From Daphnia carinata (taxonomy: Eukaryota), in the NCBI RefSeq assembly GCF_022539665.2, contig NC_081332.1, forward strand, positions 1,302,001 to 1,366,000: a stretch of 64,000 bases of DNA. The letters are read 5' to 3'. Made by a program: the position numbers and the translations under genes. Below are positions 28,001 through 41,209 of the stretch, piece after piece. Under the pieces are notes generated by a model that was not told where the DNA came from, did not search any database, and saw only the letters and a list, made by a program, of their open reading frames with translations. Each line of letters opens with the position of its first letter. Position 1 is the stretch's first letter.

Positions 28001-28351
28001 TTCAGACATACTTGTACGACATGTTTTCATGAATTCTGTCTCTCGGTTTCTCTTTTGAGTTGTTACCCTGAAAATACATGTTCGTCCTAGTGGGGCAACG
28101 TCAGTCACTCATTATTACCTTTTCAGCTGCTTGAATTCCTGCACCAGTATAAAAGTCTGTTTTTCGACACAGGAAACTGAAGATCGTGTCGAGCAACTGA
28201 AAATAAACATTTTAGTACATACAAAAATCAAGCATGGAACAGAAACAAAAACCAAGCGACAAAGAAATAGTATTACGTCTTGAACACCCCCTTCATGTTG
28301 GGTGGCTATGGACAACAAAATTCCATCAAAAGCTTCCGTTTTATCAGCCAT
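25090..28351 (-). CDS. NUDC: Nuclear migration protein NudC
   Basis: [25 protein letters not shown] | [16 protein letters not shown] | [21 protein letters not shown] | CS domain ..[27 protein letters not shown] | [16 protein letters not shown]. Confidence 0.96.
27140..27484 (+). CDS. Small antisense gene nested in NudC intron 3; ~95-aa protein with a C-terminal TM helix
   Basis: Acceptor ttccag at 27097, ATG at 27140, Ser/Pro/Thr-rich N-terminus, [22 protein letters not shown], a 57-nt GT-AG intron at 27402-27458, end EVYMKESRV*, and AATAAA at 27961. Confidence 0.6.
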   Translation: MPGEQHSLDSINLPPTPPSSSSSNELTMSVSSSYIYDRCGTPTRFTLLGESGAITRKNRTTPTTCQLSLTFCTLALLALVGMIVYMEGKHLSHPKFITINYLYNYKVYMKESRV

Positions 28352-29048
28352 TATGCTATGAAATGAGTTTCACGTGTTAAATTCGAGAATTTTCCGGCCG
28401 AAATTTGCACGCAACTTCGAACGGACGACGTTTTGATAAAAAACAACGAGCTTGGTAACCAGCGTTGCACAACAATAACAAGTAAAATTTTCAAAAAATC
28501 AGAAAATATGTAATCGTGTTTTACATACTTAAATTCAAGAAGTTTTGAAAACCTGATAATTTTCATTAAATATATGAATAACTTTATTAGCATATACTAT
28601 TACGCAACGTTGCCTTAAGACCAAAACATGGCCGTATGGTAAAGGTGGGAAAACTGTGGGGCGGTCTGCTGCGAGCGATCCTGAAATAAACACTGACGTG
28701 AGTTTTATGGGAATTTGAGAAGACCCATTCCCCCATTGTGAACCGTCTCCCTTTGGGAATCGAAAGCTATTTCTCGTTTTAATTTCCAGCCAAACGTTTG
28801 CAATAGGCAAACTAATTGGTTTGCAATTGGTTATGGTTTGCTAAGTCGATGTACGCTTGGATATTTCACGTCCTTCTACTATTGTTTATTCCCACCTACG
28901 CCTCGAACGTTAATGATGCCAGACGGTAGTGCTTTTGCAAGTACGGTGGTTCTTTATTTTTTTTTTTCTCCTCCCTCCTAATGTGCTGTACTATGAAACA
29001 AATTTTATTATTAGTTGTTTGTTCAGGTTGAATGGATTGTTACCTGTA

Positions 29049-31043
29049 ATGGACCCCATTGAACTCACACAATTTGGGCTGAAACAACTATTTTATCAGG
29101 TAAAGCAAGGCTTTCCTGAGGTGCCTGATTCTGTTGTCAATGATTGCATCAGAAAGGTAAGATCTTGGTTGGAAAATTGCTGTGCAGAAGTTCACCCACT
29201 GTTGTTATTTGCCATCCCATACAGGCTTGTTACAACAGGCAAGCTGCAGAAGCCCTACTGCAGAGAGAGGCTCCTAAATATGGCAGGTTTCCCCTCGTCA
29301 AGAAAACAACTCAGGGAAATCCCAAAAGTCTTTCGGCAGGAAATTCACCCCTCGACGGTGGACCCAAATCTCTCACTGACTGCGTGACACCTACCAAAGT
29401 TCCTCCAGCACTGCCAGTCACACCACCAGTGGCTGCAGCAGCAGCTGCATCTTCCGGTCCTAGTCCACCGATCTACAGCTCGCCACTTTATCGGCCCGAC
29501 ATTGATTTGTCACTGCCTCCTCCAGACATCTCCAGTGGTCGGGAGACAAAAGCTTCGTCCCAAGTCCAAGTCTTTTGCGAACAGCCAAGATCATCCACGT
29601 CAGTCAACGTGATCTTGCAACCCGCCACCGACACTCTTCCCTACGTCACCTACTCGTCAGCCTCCACTGACCATCACAGAGGATTACACTCGCAGCTACA
29701 AATTACAATCAGTCCTCAAGGTATCGAATTCCCTGAAAGAAAATCGTTGTTTAATTATTAAAATTTTAAATTCCTAAATGATAGGAGGAACAGTATCGGC
29801 CGTTCAGCGATCTAATTTACATTCTCCGTGGCATTACGGTGCGATGCCTGTACCTAACCCGGTGAACGGCCTCAGCCAGCAACAGTCGACCTCTTCGTTG
29901 AGCTTACCTGATCAGGCAGAGCACATCAAAGAGCAATGCAAACGACGTGAATCTTTGCGTCGCTCCTTGGAGGAGGACCGCCAACAGTTGATCCTGTTGC
30001 GTCGCAAAGTCGAAAACCTTCAAGAAGAATTGACGAAAGAAAAACAACTCCTCGACACGAGCGAGAGAAATAACGTACCCCAACGATTACCACCAGCGCC
30101 ACCTATTGCCCGGATTCTGCCACATTATCCGCATCAACTCCAGCGCCAACAAGCCGTAATCGCTCATATTTTTTATACGTCATTAAATCATTTGAATATT
30201 TCCTTTCTCTCGCCAGGTGATTGACTTGGAAAACTTGAAAGATGAAATGCGCAACTTGGAGGTGGATTGCCAGCGGATGTATCAAGAGCTGGTCACGCGT
30301 AACAGCGAAAACCCTAATCCATCAACGACTCTGTCTACAGCATCGACTGGCAGCCCAGCGTTCTTTAAGGGAATGCCGCTGCCAATAGCCAGTTTGACGG
30401 AGGAGGAGGATGATGAATCGGACGGCTGGAACTGCAGCCGTTGCACCTTCCAGAACCACCCGGCGTTGAGCAAGTGCGAGGAATGCGAATCGCCACGTCC
30501 CGTCTCCAGCCCGCCATGCGCTCCTTCTTCGTCTATGGTCACCTCTTCAACGCAAGGTGATGAGCTGTCTTTGCTGGGCAGTGGTAGTCTTAATAATGAT
30601 GATATTAGTAGCGATAATAACGTGGTGGGTTGCTTTCTCCAGCGGACGCAGCCGGAGATGGCCAGGTTATTGTTGTTGTGCTTTTATTGGCTTGTTGTGA
30701 CCTTTTGCTTATTCTACCAATTTCTTGTCCTCTTTTCTCGGGTGTGCTGGTTGTGGCTTTCTCTATTCACAGCAGGGGTGATGGCCGTCCGCAGCTTTAT
30801 ACCGTACAGCCGGCCGGGCAACATCCACATCCACGTCCGCCACCGTCCGCGTAAATACCAACATCTCTCATTTTTGCATTTGGTGCCAACCTATTTCAAA
30901 CGTATTCGCTTTTGCAAAACACCTGCCGCTTTTTAAGCTTCTTCTCTTAGTTTTAGTGCCATCCTCTGAAAGACACAAACTAACCATAACAGTCGTTTCT
31001 CTTTGTTTTTGTTCCAGGTACGATCCAAGGGTGGGGTGTCTAA
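29049..31043 (+). CDS. Tab2: TAK1-binding protein TAB2/TAB3-like adaptor
   Basis: N-terminal CUE-like segment [20 protein letters not shown], a coiled coil, and an NZF zinc finger [24 protein letters not shown]. Terminal exons 30773-30850 and 31018-31043 give [17 protein letters not shown]. Head-to-head with NudC. Confidence 0.85.
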
Positions 31044-32918
31044 AAAGAAAACAACGAATCGGATTGGATTTTATCTTTGTTTCACGGCATTTCTTTCTTT
31101 ACAAAAAAAAAATAAGAATTAAAAAAAAAAAAATTAAGTCTCGTCGGACGGCCGTGCGATTCATCATCAGAATCCCCCCTGAAGGAACCAACGGCCGTTT
31201 CTAAAATATTATTATTTTTTACTTCTCCTTCTGCTCATTTGTTTCGATATTTCATATTCTGAAAAAAAAATTTGCAGTGAATGAAAGATTCGTTCATTGC
31301 ATATCCTCTGTATCATCCCTCTCCTTTGAATTCACGTGTGTACATATATTATATACTTATTGATCATTTGCATACATCTGCACATCGTCCGTTAAAACAA
31401 AACGGAGTTGTGGTCATTCAAAATTTCCTCAGTTACAGGTGCGCTCACCCTTCCGGGCCAACAAAATGAAATTCATAAGAAAGGTATACATTTACGTTTT
31501 TCTATTTTCTTTAAGGTCATTGCTCTTTTATTTATTTTTCTTGGCCGTTTCCTCTATTGTTTTTTTTTATAGACACGTACATGCGAAAATTGCGCAGCCT
31601 TAAGAGTTCGTGACAAAGTTTGACAAACACTTGAAATGCAACGTCGAAAAACCTTTGCTGGAACGCCTCAGGCAGTGCCCGGTTATGGTCTTTTTTTTTT
31701 TTAAAAGAAAAGAAGGGAGTGCCATAAACCTTTGTATGTCGAGACATTTCGTCAGACATGCACATGTTGAATGCACTGTTTAATTAAGAAGCAGGTAAAT
31801 ACGTTAAATCAATGAATAATTCAACGCGAACCGTGAAACCGTTTTTCGTTCTTTTACCGGTTGAGGTTCAACCCTGGAACAGGTGCAGTCAACGGTTCGT
31901 GCCAACTAGTAGTTCAACAAATAGGTAAATAAAAAATAAAAAAAAAAGCCAAGTAGCCACACTGAATGCAAGTTGTGCCAATGACTTTAAAAGGAAGAGC
32001 CGGTTATAATCCCAACCCCCCAAAAATGGGGGATTCTGGAACCGGCTTGTAGCGTGATGGAAGGCACATGTTGGCACGGAAGGGCGGTGTGGGAATGTTA
32101 TTTGTTCTATCCTTTAGCGAAAAGGAATGGAGGTCAAACCGTTGTAAACGATGTGTCACGACACATGTGGCCTTCATTTGACCAGACTCGTTTACAATGG
32201 GCGATGACGGCGTCTAAAAGACTCTGAGCTTTTGAAAAAGGAATTGCTCGTTTGAATCCGGAGAAACACATGGTGTGTATTGTAATCAATCATTAGTGAA
32301 TCGAACGGCATGTTAACACGAGGGAATTTTGAAAGGGAAAAGATTTTTGAACTCGGACGGGGGGGGGGGGGATATTTTAAATAATTAAAGCCACAAGTAG
32401 ACGAGAGGCAAAAAGAAAAACATGGAAATTTTTAAATAACCAATCACCAAACAATTTTTTTTTTTCGCGTTTGGGGGAACGGCACGCGATTCGACTGGGG
32501 ATTTTTTTTTTTTTTTATGTTTTGTTTTTAAAATTTTTTCTTTAAAAATCCCGACCCAAAAACAAGAAAAAGTTGCTGTTTTTTGGAAGAAAAATGAGCG
32601 TAAAAAATGGAGAACGGGGTGGTTCAAAATGTGAATGGGAAATTGGGAATTCAAGGTGGTTGTTGTGGAGACGAGTTTTTGTTCAAAATGAAAAACAATC
32701 GAAATTAAAAAATAATCATCTTGATGACACACAAAATAAATTGAAAAGGGCGTGGCTGGATGGCTTTGTTGCGGTCTCCAAACGTTTTGCTAAAAAATAC
32801 GTGGGGCTTTCATTTGCATTTCAAAACGTCATCATTTTTTGAATTGCAAGGCACTTTGTTTTTTTTGAAAAAGGGGGGTTTTATTTCGATGGGAAAGGGC
32901 GTTTGCGATGGATCGTGT

Positions 32919-35900
32919 TTAAAATTTGATGATGCGGCGACCGAGGGATCTCAAACCGAACTTGGACTTTGTGCGGCTGTTGACTCGCGACTCGAAGCGA
33001 GCGGAAGCCGGCTTGGTTTCAGCATCGGCCGAGGTAACGACGATGGCAGCAGAGTCATCCTGCGTTTGGGGCTTTTCTTCGGCCACGTCCTTGGCATCGG
33101 CCGGGGTACCGGCGTCGTTGACGAGGATGTACTCGACTTTGCAGTCGGTGCTCTTCTTCGTCTCGTCAGCGGCTGGGTCAGCTACAACGGCTTCGGCAAC
33201 CTTTTCTTGTTCTTGTTCGACGACGACGGGTTCGGCAACCTTTTCTTGTTCTTGCTCAACAATGACGGGTTCGGCAACCTTTTCTTGTTCTTGCTCAAAG
33301 ACGACGGGCTCGGCAACCTTTTCTTGTTCCTGCTCAGCGACGACAGGTTCGGCAACCTTTTCTTGCTCTTGTTCTGCAGCAACGGGTTCGGCAGCTTTCT
33401 CCTCCTCGGCCACTACGGGTTCGGCAACCTTTTCTTGTTCTGCGGCAACGGGCTCGACAACCTTCTCCTGCTCTACAACGGCTGGTTCGGCAACCTTTTC
33501 TTCTTCAGCAACCTTCTCCTGTTCAACGGCGACGGTTTCAGCAACTTTTTCTTGCTCAACAGCAGCGGGTTCGGCTACCTTTTCCTGTTCATCGGCGACG
33601 GGCTCGGCAACGGGCTCGGCAACCTTCTCCTGTTCAACAGCAACAGGCTCGGCAACCTTCTCCTCTTCAGTGGCAACGGCTTCAGCAACCTTTTCTTGCT
33701 CAACAGCGACAGGTTCAGCTACTTTCTCCTGCTCAACTGGTTCGGCAACCTTTTCCTGTTCAGCAACCACCTCTTGTTCAGCCACAGCAGGTTCAGCAAC
33801 TTTCTCCTGTTCAGCAACGGCAGGCTCGGCAACCTTCTCTTCCTCAGCTACCACAGAGTCGGCAACTTTTTCCTGCTCAGCAACAACGGGTTCGGCAACC
33901 TTCTCCTGTTCAGCAACAACGTGCTCGGCAACCTTCTCTTGTTCAGCAACAACAGGTTCGGCAACCTTTTCTTCTTCAGCAACAACGGGCTCGGCTACCT
34001 TCTCTTGTTCAGCAACAATGGGTTCGGCAACTTTCTCCTGTTCAGCAACAACGGGCTCGGCAACCTTCTCTTCTTCAACAACAACAGGTTCGGCAACTTT
34101 CTCTTGTTCGGCAACAACGGGCTCGGCAACCTTCTCTTGTTCAGCAACAGGTTCGGCAACCTTCTCTTGTTCAACAACGGGCTCGGCAACCTTCTCTTGT
34201 TCATCAGCAACAACGGGTTCGGCAACCTTCTCTTCTTCAACAACAACGGGCTCGGCAACCTTCTCTTGTTCATCAGCAACAACGGGTTCGGCAACCTTCT
34301 CTTCTTCAACAACAACGGGCTCGGCAACCTTCTCTTCTTCAACAACAACGGGCTCGGCAACCTTCTCCTGTTCATCAGCAACAACGGGTTCGGCCACCTT
34401 CTCTTCTTCAACAACAACGGGCTCGGCAACCTTCTCTTCTTCAACAACAACGGGCTCGGCAACCTTCTCCTGTTCGACAGCCACGGTCTGCTCGATCTTC
34501 AAGTCGTCAGCGACGGGCTTTTCCACTTTGTGATCAGACTCGACGGCCTGCACCTGGGCCGGCTCTTCGACTTCCGTGGCCGTGACGCGATCGGGTATGG
34601 CGATGACAGCGGCCGGCTTCAACGACACCTGGGCGTCCCCTTGATGACCAACAGCGAGGCTGCCAGACGAAACGACAATCTCCTCGCGGTAGATCAGCGG
34701 CTGCTCAGCTGGAACTTTCACTTGCGAATCGGCCTGCGGCAATTGGACGGGCTCACCCGACTGGACCAATTCCACTTGGATCTTCTCCACCGAGTTGTCC
34801 TCGTTCGATTCGGTGGCCGTTTCCACTTTCTCGGTCGATGCGTTCTCCATCGAGTTGTCCTGTTCCTTCGAGTTGTCCACCTGCACGGGGCTCACAACTT
34901 TGGCCGGCTGGTCAGCCTCGAGGACGGCCAGGACGGTGTCTTGCTGGTCGACTTTGTTGGGCGTAGCGACGTCGGATTCGATCCACACTTCGGGTTTCTG
35001 GAAGGTCGGCGTAGCTGGGAATGGCCGCGAAGGGACCTGGACGGCGTCCTGTTCTTGAGGGACGGCCGGTGCTACTTGGATCCAGATTTCCTGTTGGCTG
35101 TCGGGATTTGGCTGGGCTTCGGCCACTGGAACAGCAGCGTCTTCTACGGGTTTCTGTTCTGTAGCTTCAATGACGGGCAGAGGGTCGACCTGGACAACGT
35201 CGGCGACGACTGGAGTCTCCTCGACAGCCACAACTGGAACAACATCTTCGACGGGCTTCTGTTCAACTTCGACGACGGGCAGAGGATCGACCTGGATGAC
35301 ATCAGCGACGACTTCCTGTGCGGGCTCTGCGACTGGAACGACGTCTTCTTCGGGTTTCTGTTCAACTTCAACGACGGGCAAAGGATCAACCTGGATAGCT
35401 ACAACTGGAACAACGTCCTCTTGGGGTTTCTGTTCCACTTCGGCGATTGGGGACAACTCGACGACTTGCTGTTCATCAGCAACTGGAACGGCCTCCTGTG
35501 CGGGCTCGACGACTGGAACAAGGTCTTCTACGGGCTTTTGTTCCACTTCGGCGACGGGCAGAGGATCGACCTGGACGACGTCAGCGACGACTGGAGTTTC
35601 AGGAACGACTTGGACGTCGGGTTCGGCAACAGCGATGATTTGTTGTTCGATGTCGGCCAGTGGATCGACGGGCACGAATTCAACGACAGCCTCGGGTTGA
35701 TTGGCGTCAGCAGAGACGACTGGAACGACGATGGCATCATCGGTTTGGCCTACTTGGAAAGCGGTTTCGGCAACTTGAACGGGTTCGTCAACGGGTTGAG
35801 CTTCAACGGTTTCAGCAACCGCGACGGGTTCCTCAACTTTGGTGGATTCGGCAACCTGATCGGCTGAAGCTGCTTCGACGGCTACCTGAACGGGTTCGGC

Positions 35901-37201
35901 AACTTGTTCGACACTGGGTTCGGCAACTTGTTCGACATTGGGTTCGGCAACCACGGCGATCGGCTGGATTTGGGCTTCGACAACGGGTTCGACGACAGCC
36001 ATTGGGGCCGGTTTGTCATCTTGGACGACTTGTTGGACCGCGACGGGCTCTTGGCTGTCGAACGACATTCCTGATGGAACAACCAACGGGCTGAGTTCGG
36101 GCTGATCGAAATCGGCCTCCGATTGGACGGCAGCCACCTGTTGAGTAGGTTCAAACTGGGCCTGTGCCACAGCGCCCAAGAATCCGTCCTGAGTGGCCGG
36201 CTCTTGCAGTTCGGGTTGCTGTTCATTTAGCTGTTGCTGCTGGGCGACGTCCGGCACGAAGTTGCCAACCAATTTGCTTAGATCGAACTCTTCTTCTTCC
36301 TGTGGTTGGTGATGATCTTCGTTGTGATCGAGCACAAGGACGACGGGTTGTTGAGCTTTCAACCCTTCGTCGGCCACGTTGGGCGCCACGACGGCGATCA
36401 CGCCCGCAGCTGTTGGCTTCTGCACCTTCCATTTTTATTCATTGCCAAAAGGTAAAGGTATTTAAACGATGTTATTATTCGATGTCGTCTATACTTTAAC
36501 AACGGTTTTTGTTTTGAACGTAAAAAAGGTCATGTTATTTCTAACATAACAATGTGCCGTAGGATAACATTCCGAATGTATACGTGCAGACGGGGCTCTT
36601 ATCAGCCACCTGTCTTTATTTTTGTTTTTTTTTTGTTTTGTTTTGTTTTTCAACGCTTTCAGGAGTTTTGACATGGACATCACGACGGTAGAAAATGAAT
36701 TTAGCCTCGAGCAATGAGAAATATGCAAAGGTGCTATTGCTCCCCCCCACCGATCGTTTGTGGTCAGTTTCAAAACTTGAATGAAAATGTTAATCTTTTT
36801 TTTTTTTTTTTTTTTTTTTTTTGTTTGGTTTTGACAGCGATCCAAATGGCCCCGGAAATTAAAAAAGTCCTTACCGGTTGAGGTGTGGCGACGTAGCGCG
36901 AGAACGGGGACCAACGGGGCCACCCGAACACGTTCGGGTAACCCGATTGGTAGCCGAGTGACGACGGGTAGCGATAAGCCGAGTAGCTGGTTGGCCTCAT
37001 GTACGGCTGATTTCGATTGTAGCCGCTGTAACTGGAATAGCCGCCGTAAGGGGAGCTGTAGTAGTCGTCGGCCGAGTAAGCAGCCGGCCCGTAATAGGAA
37101 GACGGTGGGTAATAGCCGGCCCGTTGCGGGTAATATTGGCGTTTGTACGGGGCAGCGTCGAGCGCTACCAGGACAGTAGCCAACAGAACGGCGACCTTCA
37201 T
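32919..37201 (-). CDS. Large secreted low-complexity protein (~1,280 aa): Tyr/Ser/Gly-rich head, Glu/Val/Ala/Pro repeat rod, basic tail
   Basis: Exon 37201-36875 (signal MKVAVLLATVLVALDA, Tyr-rich, donor gtaagg, phase 0) joins exon 36425-32919, which is open for 1168 codons. Confidence 0.85.
33184..34480 (-). repeat. Coding minisatellite, ~33-nt unit (EQEKVAEPVVA), roughly 40 imperfect copies
   Basis: Recurrent ggttcggcaaccttctcttgttcagcaacaac units with 30-39 nt in-frame length variants. Confidence 0.9.
35130..35610 (-). repeat. Coding repeat of ~105 nt (VVADVVQVDPLPVVEVEQKPVEDVVPVV), 4-5 copies
   Basis: QVDPLPV..VEQKP.ED repeats visible in the translation. Confidence 0.8.
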
Positions 37202-40200
37202 TTGTTTTTTTTTCAGGTATAAAATGATGTTGAAATATTTGGGTAAATGACGTCATGGCGAAAAGAGCATCAAATAACATCGAATCATTCAACGAGTGTC
37301 TATAAATAAGGAAGTTTGAAATAATAGCCTTGAAGTGGGCAAACAAAAAGGGATGAGCAATAGACTGTGACTCTTTCGATGATCTCGAAAGCCTTGGCCA
37401 ATGTGATGCTTCGTCTATTGGTGCGTGACTGGACCACCAATTTGTCCTTTTGTAGGAAAAAGACATAAAAGGACAACCTTCGTTGATTAGAACAACGAAA
37501 AAAAAAATAAAGGTGGGATCTGAAATGTTCAATTGACATTTCGCAAGTCGACCGTGTCTGGCCTTTCCCATTTTCTACGAATTTATTCGAACATTTGAAT
37601 AGAGTCTAATATTTAAAAAAAAAAAAAAGGGGGGGCGTACTAACAAGTTCAAACACCTTTTTTTTTTTTTTAGACATTCCTGGAACACGAAAAAAAAAAA
37701 AAAAAAGAAATTCATTTTGAAGAAATGGAAAATGAACTTACGTGGAAACGCATGTTGGTTCTCGTACGCAAAATCCTGGCTGATTCAAATAAATAAATTG
37801 GATGAGAACAAGGAAGTGACTTGTCCGGATGATGAGCACCGACTGACGGTTGGACGATGGCGCTTCACCACTTTTCAAGCAAGATTTTTTCCCCAGGTAA
37901 ACAGGGGGTGGGGAAAGGAGGTGGCCAACGTCGTTCCGCGTGTGTCTTCCGGCTGTGACCTTGCACTTGCTGCTTCGTGAGTTGTCTTCTTTCGTCTGCC
38001 AGCCCAAGGCGATTTCCCCTCCAAAAAAACGATGTTCTCTTTTTGTTTTTCAACCCGCCTTCGATTCGCCCAGCAGTGGCCAGCTCCTCAGCTGGCCAAG
38101 TTTTTATTTTGGCTCCTCCTTTTTCCGAGAAACCTTGAAGCTTCTTCCTACCAGCTGATTGCGTCTTGCACAGGTAAAAAAAAACACGTTCCACCTTTTG
38201 CGCTTGTCTCTTAAACGCTCCGCATATGGTGGCCGTCTTTTTCTTTATCTATCGATCCATCTCGAATTCCAAAATGAAAACATTCAGCGTAGGCCATTTC
38301 TCCTATCGGCAAACGTTTGAAATCGAAAGGTTGTCGGCCCTCAACAACACGATTTCTCTTTTTTTTTTTTTTTTTTTTTTTTGTCTTCTTCCTCCTCCTT
38401 TTTTTAAGGGTCAGCAGAGTGAAAAGAAGAAGGCCCAAGTTCAAGGTTTGTTTAAAAAGAATCTCTTTTATGTTTGCCTCTCTCTTTAAGATGATAACGA
38501 GTGACAAGAAGACTCAGCTAAAACCGGCCCGTTCGTCTCTTGTTTGATTGGGCCATGTACGTTTGCCCTTATCAGGTGAACGCTGATGATGACCGGGCTC
38601 CTTTTGCGTCCTCATCAAATTTTATTGTGCGAAATTTTAAAAGATTTTTACACGAATGATGCAATGACGTTGCGATGCTTGGAAATCCCGATTGATGTTA
38701 GTCATCCGACTTTCATCATTTTGCCCTAATGATTCCAATGCGCTCAAAGACGAATTGAGAATAATAAAAAAGGAGAAACTTGTTTTGATCGTCAAACTAC
38801 TCTGCAATTTCGTATTTTTTTTTTTTTTTTTTAAAAAGAATTGTTTTTATTTGAAAACATACATAATGCCGCATTCTTTGGTGTATGATGGGACGCAAGG
38901 TCGCCTGGCGCCATAGCAAGAATATAAGCCGTTGGGCCGATTGTCCACTAGCAAATTGTTCCAAACAATGGCCCCCTTTTTTTTTTTTTGTTATCTCTTT
39001 CAAGAATAAATTGCAAGGTAGAACGCTGATCCCGTTTAATGTGTCAGCCACACGTTAGTAGGGATCGTATAACGCACGTTGTAATGAAAAGCCACTGTGT
39101 GTTCTTTAGAAATAAGGCACGCAGATTTAGGCGTTTGGAGCCCAACCCACGTTGTGTGTCTTTGAAAAGAGCCTCTTCTTATTATGGGCTTTTCGGAATA
39201 GCGTGTAGCTATCACGCTCCCGATGGCTTTTTTTGGTGGGGGGGGGGACGCTCGGTGTCGTTGACCCTCCGTGCACCTTTGCTTCATTCTTCAGCTGCTT
39301 CTATCCAGCGAATAGGAAAAAAAAAAAAAATAAAAAATAGGAGCAGCTCCATGAAATATTCATTTCTTGTTTTTGAAATAGATATATAGGGCGTTGTGGT
39401 TTTATAAAATAGATTGAAACAATTCGGGTATTGCGGAATTGTTGAAATAGCCATTAAATAATAGGATACTTGAAAATTCCTGTAGAAATGTGGAAATGCG
39501 GGACTTGGCAATGCAGCCGTTCGTTTCACGCGGACTGAAGGGAAAACTTCTCACGTTTTATTACGTTTTCATTTTGCCTGTTGGCTTTTTATTCTGAAGC
39601 CATCATCGTTCTTCGTGAATTCTTTGTCAGGAGGTTTTTCTTCTTCTTTTCGGCGCCGTACACTATTATATACCCATCACCAGACTTATTCTATTATATA
39701 ACTATCGTGACCACCCCATTTCTATATGGATGTATTAAATCTTAAAGAATTCAAATAAAAAAATGGCAGACAAATATTTGATGATGTGCCACTCTATGCA
39801 GACGTTCATTTTCACCTCTATAATATTTTTGTTGAACATCTCGTACCAAGTGTACAGACATGGGCGTGTGTGTGTGTGTCGTGATTTCACGCTAACCTTC
39901 ACCTTTTTCTCTATGCACGTTTTCAACGACATTCTTTTGTTTGCTGGCCTCAAGGGCTAAACGCGTCTCATTCTTAATTGCATTTGAATAAAGATATTAT
40001 TCACGTAGGAGTCGGTCCTTTTGCATTGCCCAAAATAAATACGCACTGTTTGACCTTGATTATAATTATACGCTTCTCACGTCCCGCGTGTTGTGTCCTA
40101 CACATATACCCAAAAAAAAAAAAACTGGTACGAAAAATAAAAAATAATCTATTTTAAAAGATCCGGGTCAAAAATGGAGTGGGCCCCTTCTATATGCGTG

Positions 40201-41209
40201 TCATGCCATTCCCGTTATGTCACAATCATCAATCGATGATATCAAATTGCGGGCTCTTACGCAAGAATTGAAAAAAAAAGAAGGTCTCTTCAATGAGGTG
40301 GCGTGAATTTCCGATCGGCTGTTCCACTATAGTCACATGACCGCAAGGGTGGGTCGTGCCCCATTTCACGCGGCCACCCGTTCGAGGAAATCATTTGGTT
40401 TGCACTTACATTTAGTCGACACGATTTGAAACATGGCGATAAACTTCTAGAACGAAAATCATCTTACATTACAACCGGTTCAGCGACAAGCGTTTTTCCT
40501 TTGAAATGCTTTCGTGATAACCGTAAAAACTTTGGACCGAGGACGACAGTCGCATACCAAATGAGCAGCGTGAAATTTAACATACAATGGATGCGTTTGC
40601 ATATGCCGCGGGCTCTATACAAAAGAAAGACGGGCCTTTCAGGCCTATTGTACGTACGATGCAAGTTTCAAGCACATAACGTAATTGAACGAGAGAAAGC
40701 CAGTTTGATCGTCAAAAGCTAATTGATTCGTATAGGCAGCGCAGGTGAAGCCGTCCATTCACATTATTTATTCCAAAACGGCACAATTCTATTTTTATTT
40801 TGGATTTTTTCGTGAACCATCTCGTTAGTGAAACGCCTCAGGCCGTGGTGGACTATCACGAAAATAAAATTTCGAACGTGGCGCCACATTTCAAAGTGAG
40901 TCGGACATCTTTAACTCGATGAGAAATAAAGGGATCTTCCGCGAATCGCTTTACTGGAGCGTGCAAACGTCTTCCAAAATATGTTTACACGAACAAAACC
41001 AAGACACGAGGAAAAACATTCGATCGACAGACTTTTCGGAATGCGCTTTTTATTTTCTAACCGGAAGTCGTTACGTAAGCTAAATAATTTTTTTTTTTTC
41101 ATATTATTTATTGGCGTTTTGAGAGAGATGAACAAATATTTTTAATTTCCAATGATATAAAAAGAAAGACAATTAGAAATCATCTAAAAAAAAAAAATGG
41201 CTTTCAAAA

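Noticed and set aside
33184..34480. Regular ~33-nt repeats resembling a CRISPR array
   Set aside because: No unique spacers; an in-frame coding minisatellite in a eukaryotic gene.
32760..35867. 1035-aa and 535-aa plus-strand ORFs (GNLLLF / SATFSC repeats)
   Set aside because: Antisense shadows of the repetitive minus-strand gene, which has the signal peptide and splice structure.
37600..41100. Many short ORFs rich in poly-K or poly-F
   Set aside because: Arise from A/T homopolymer runs in intergenic DNA; no coherent exon chain or domain.
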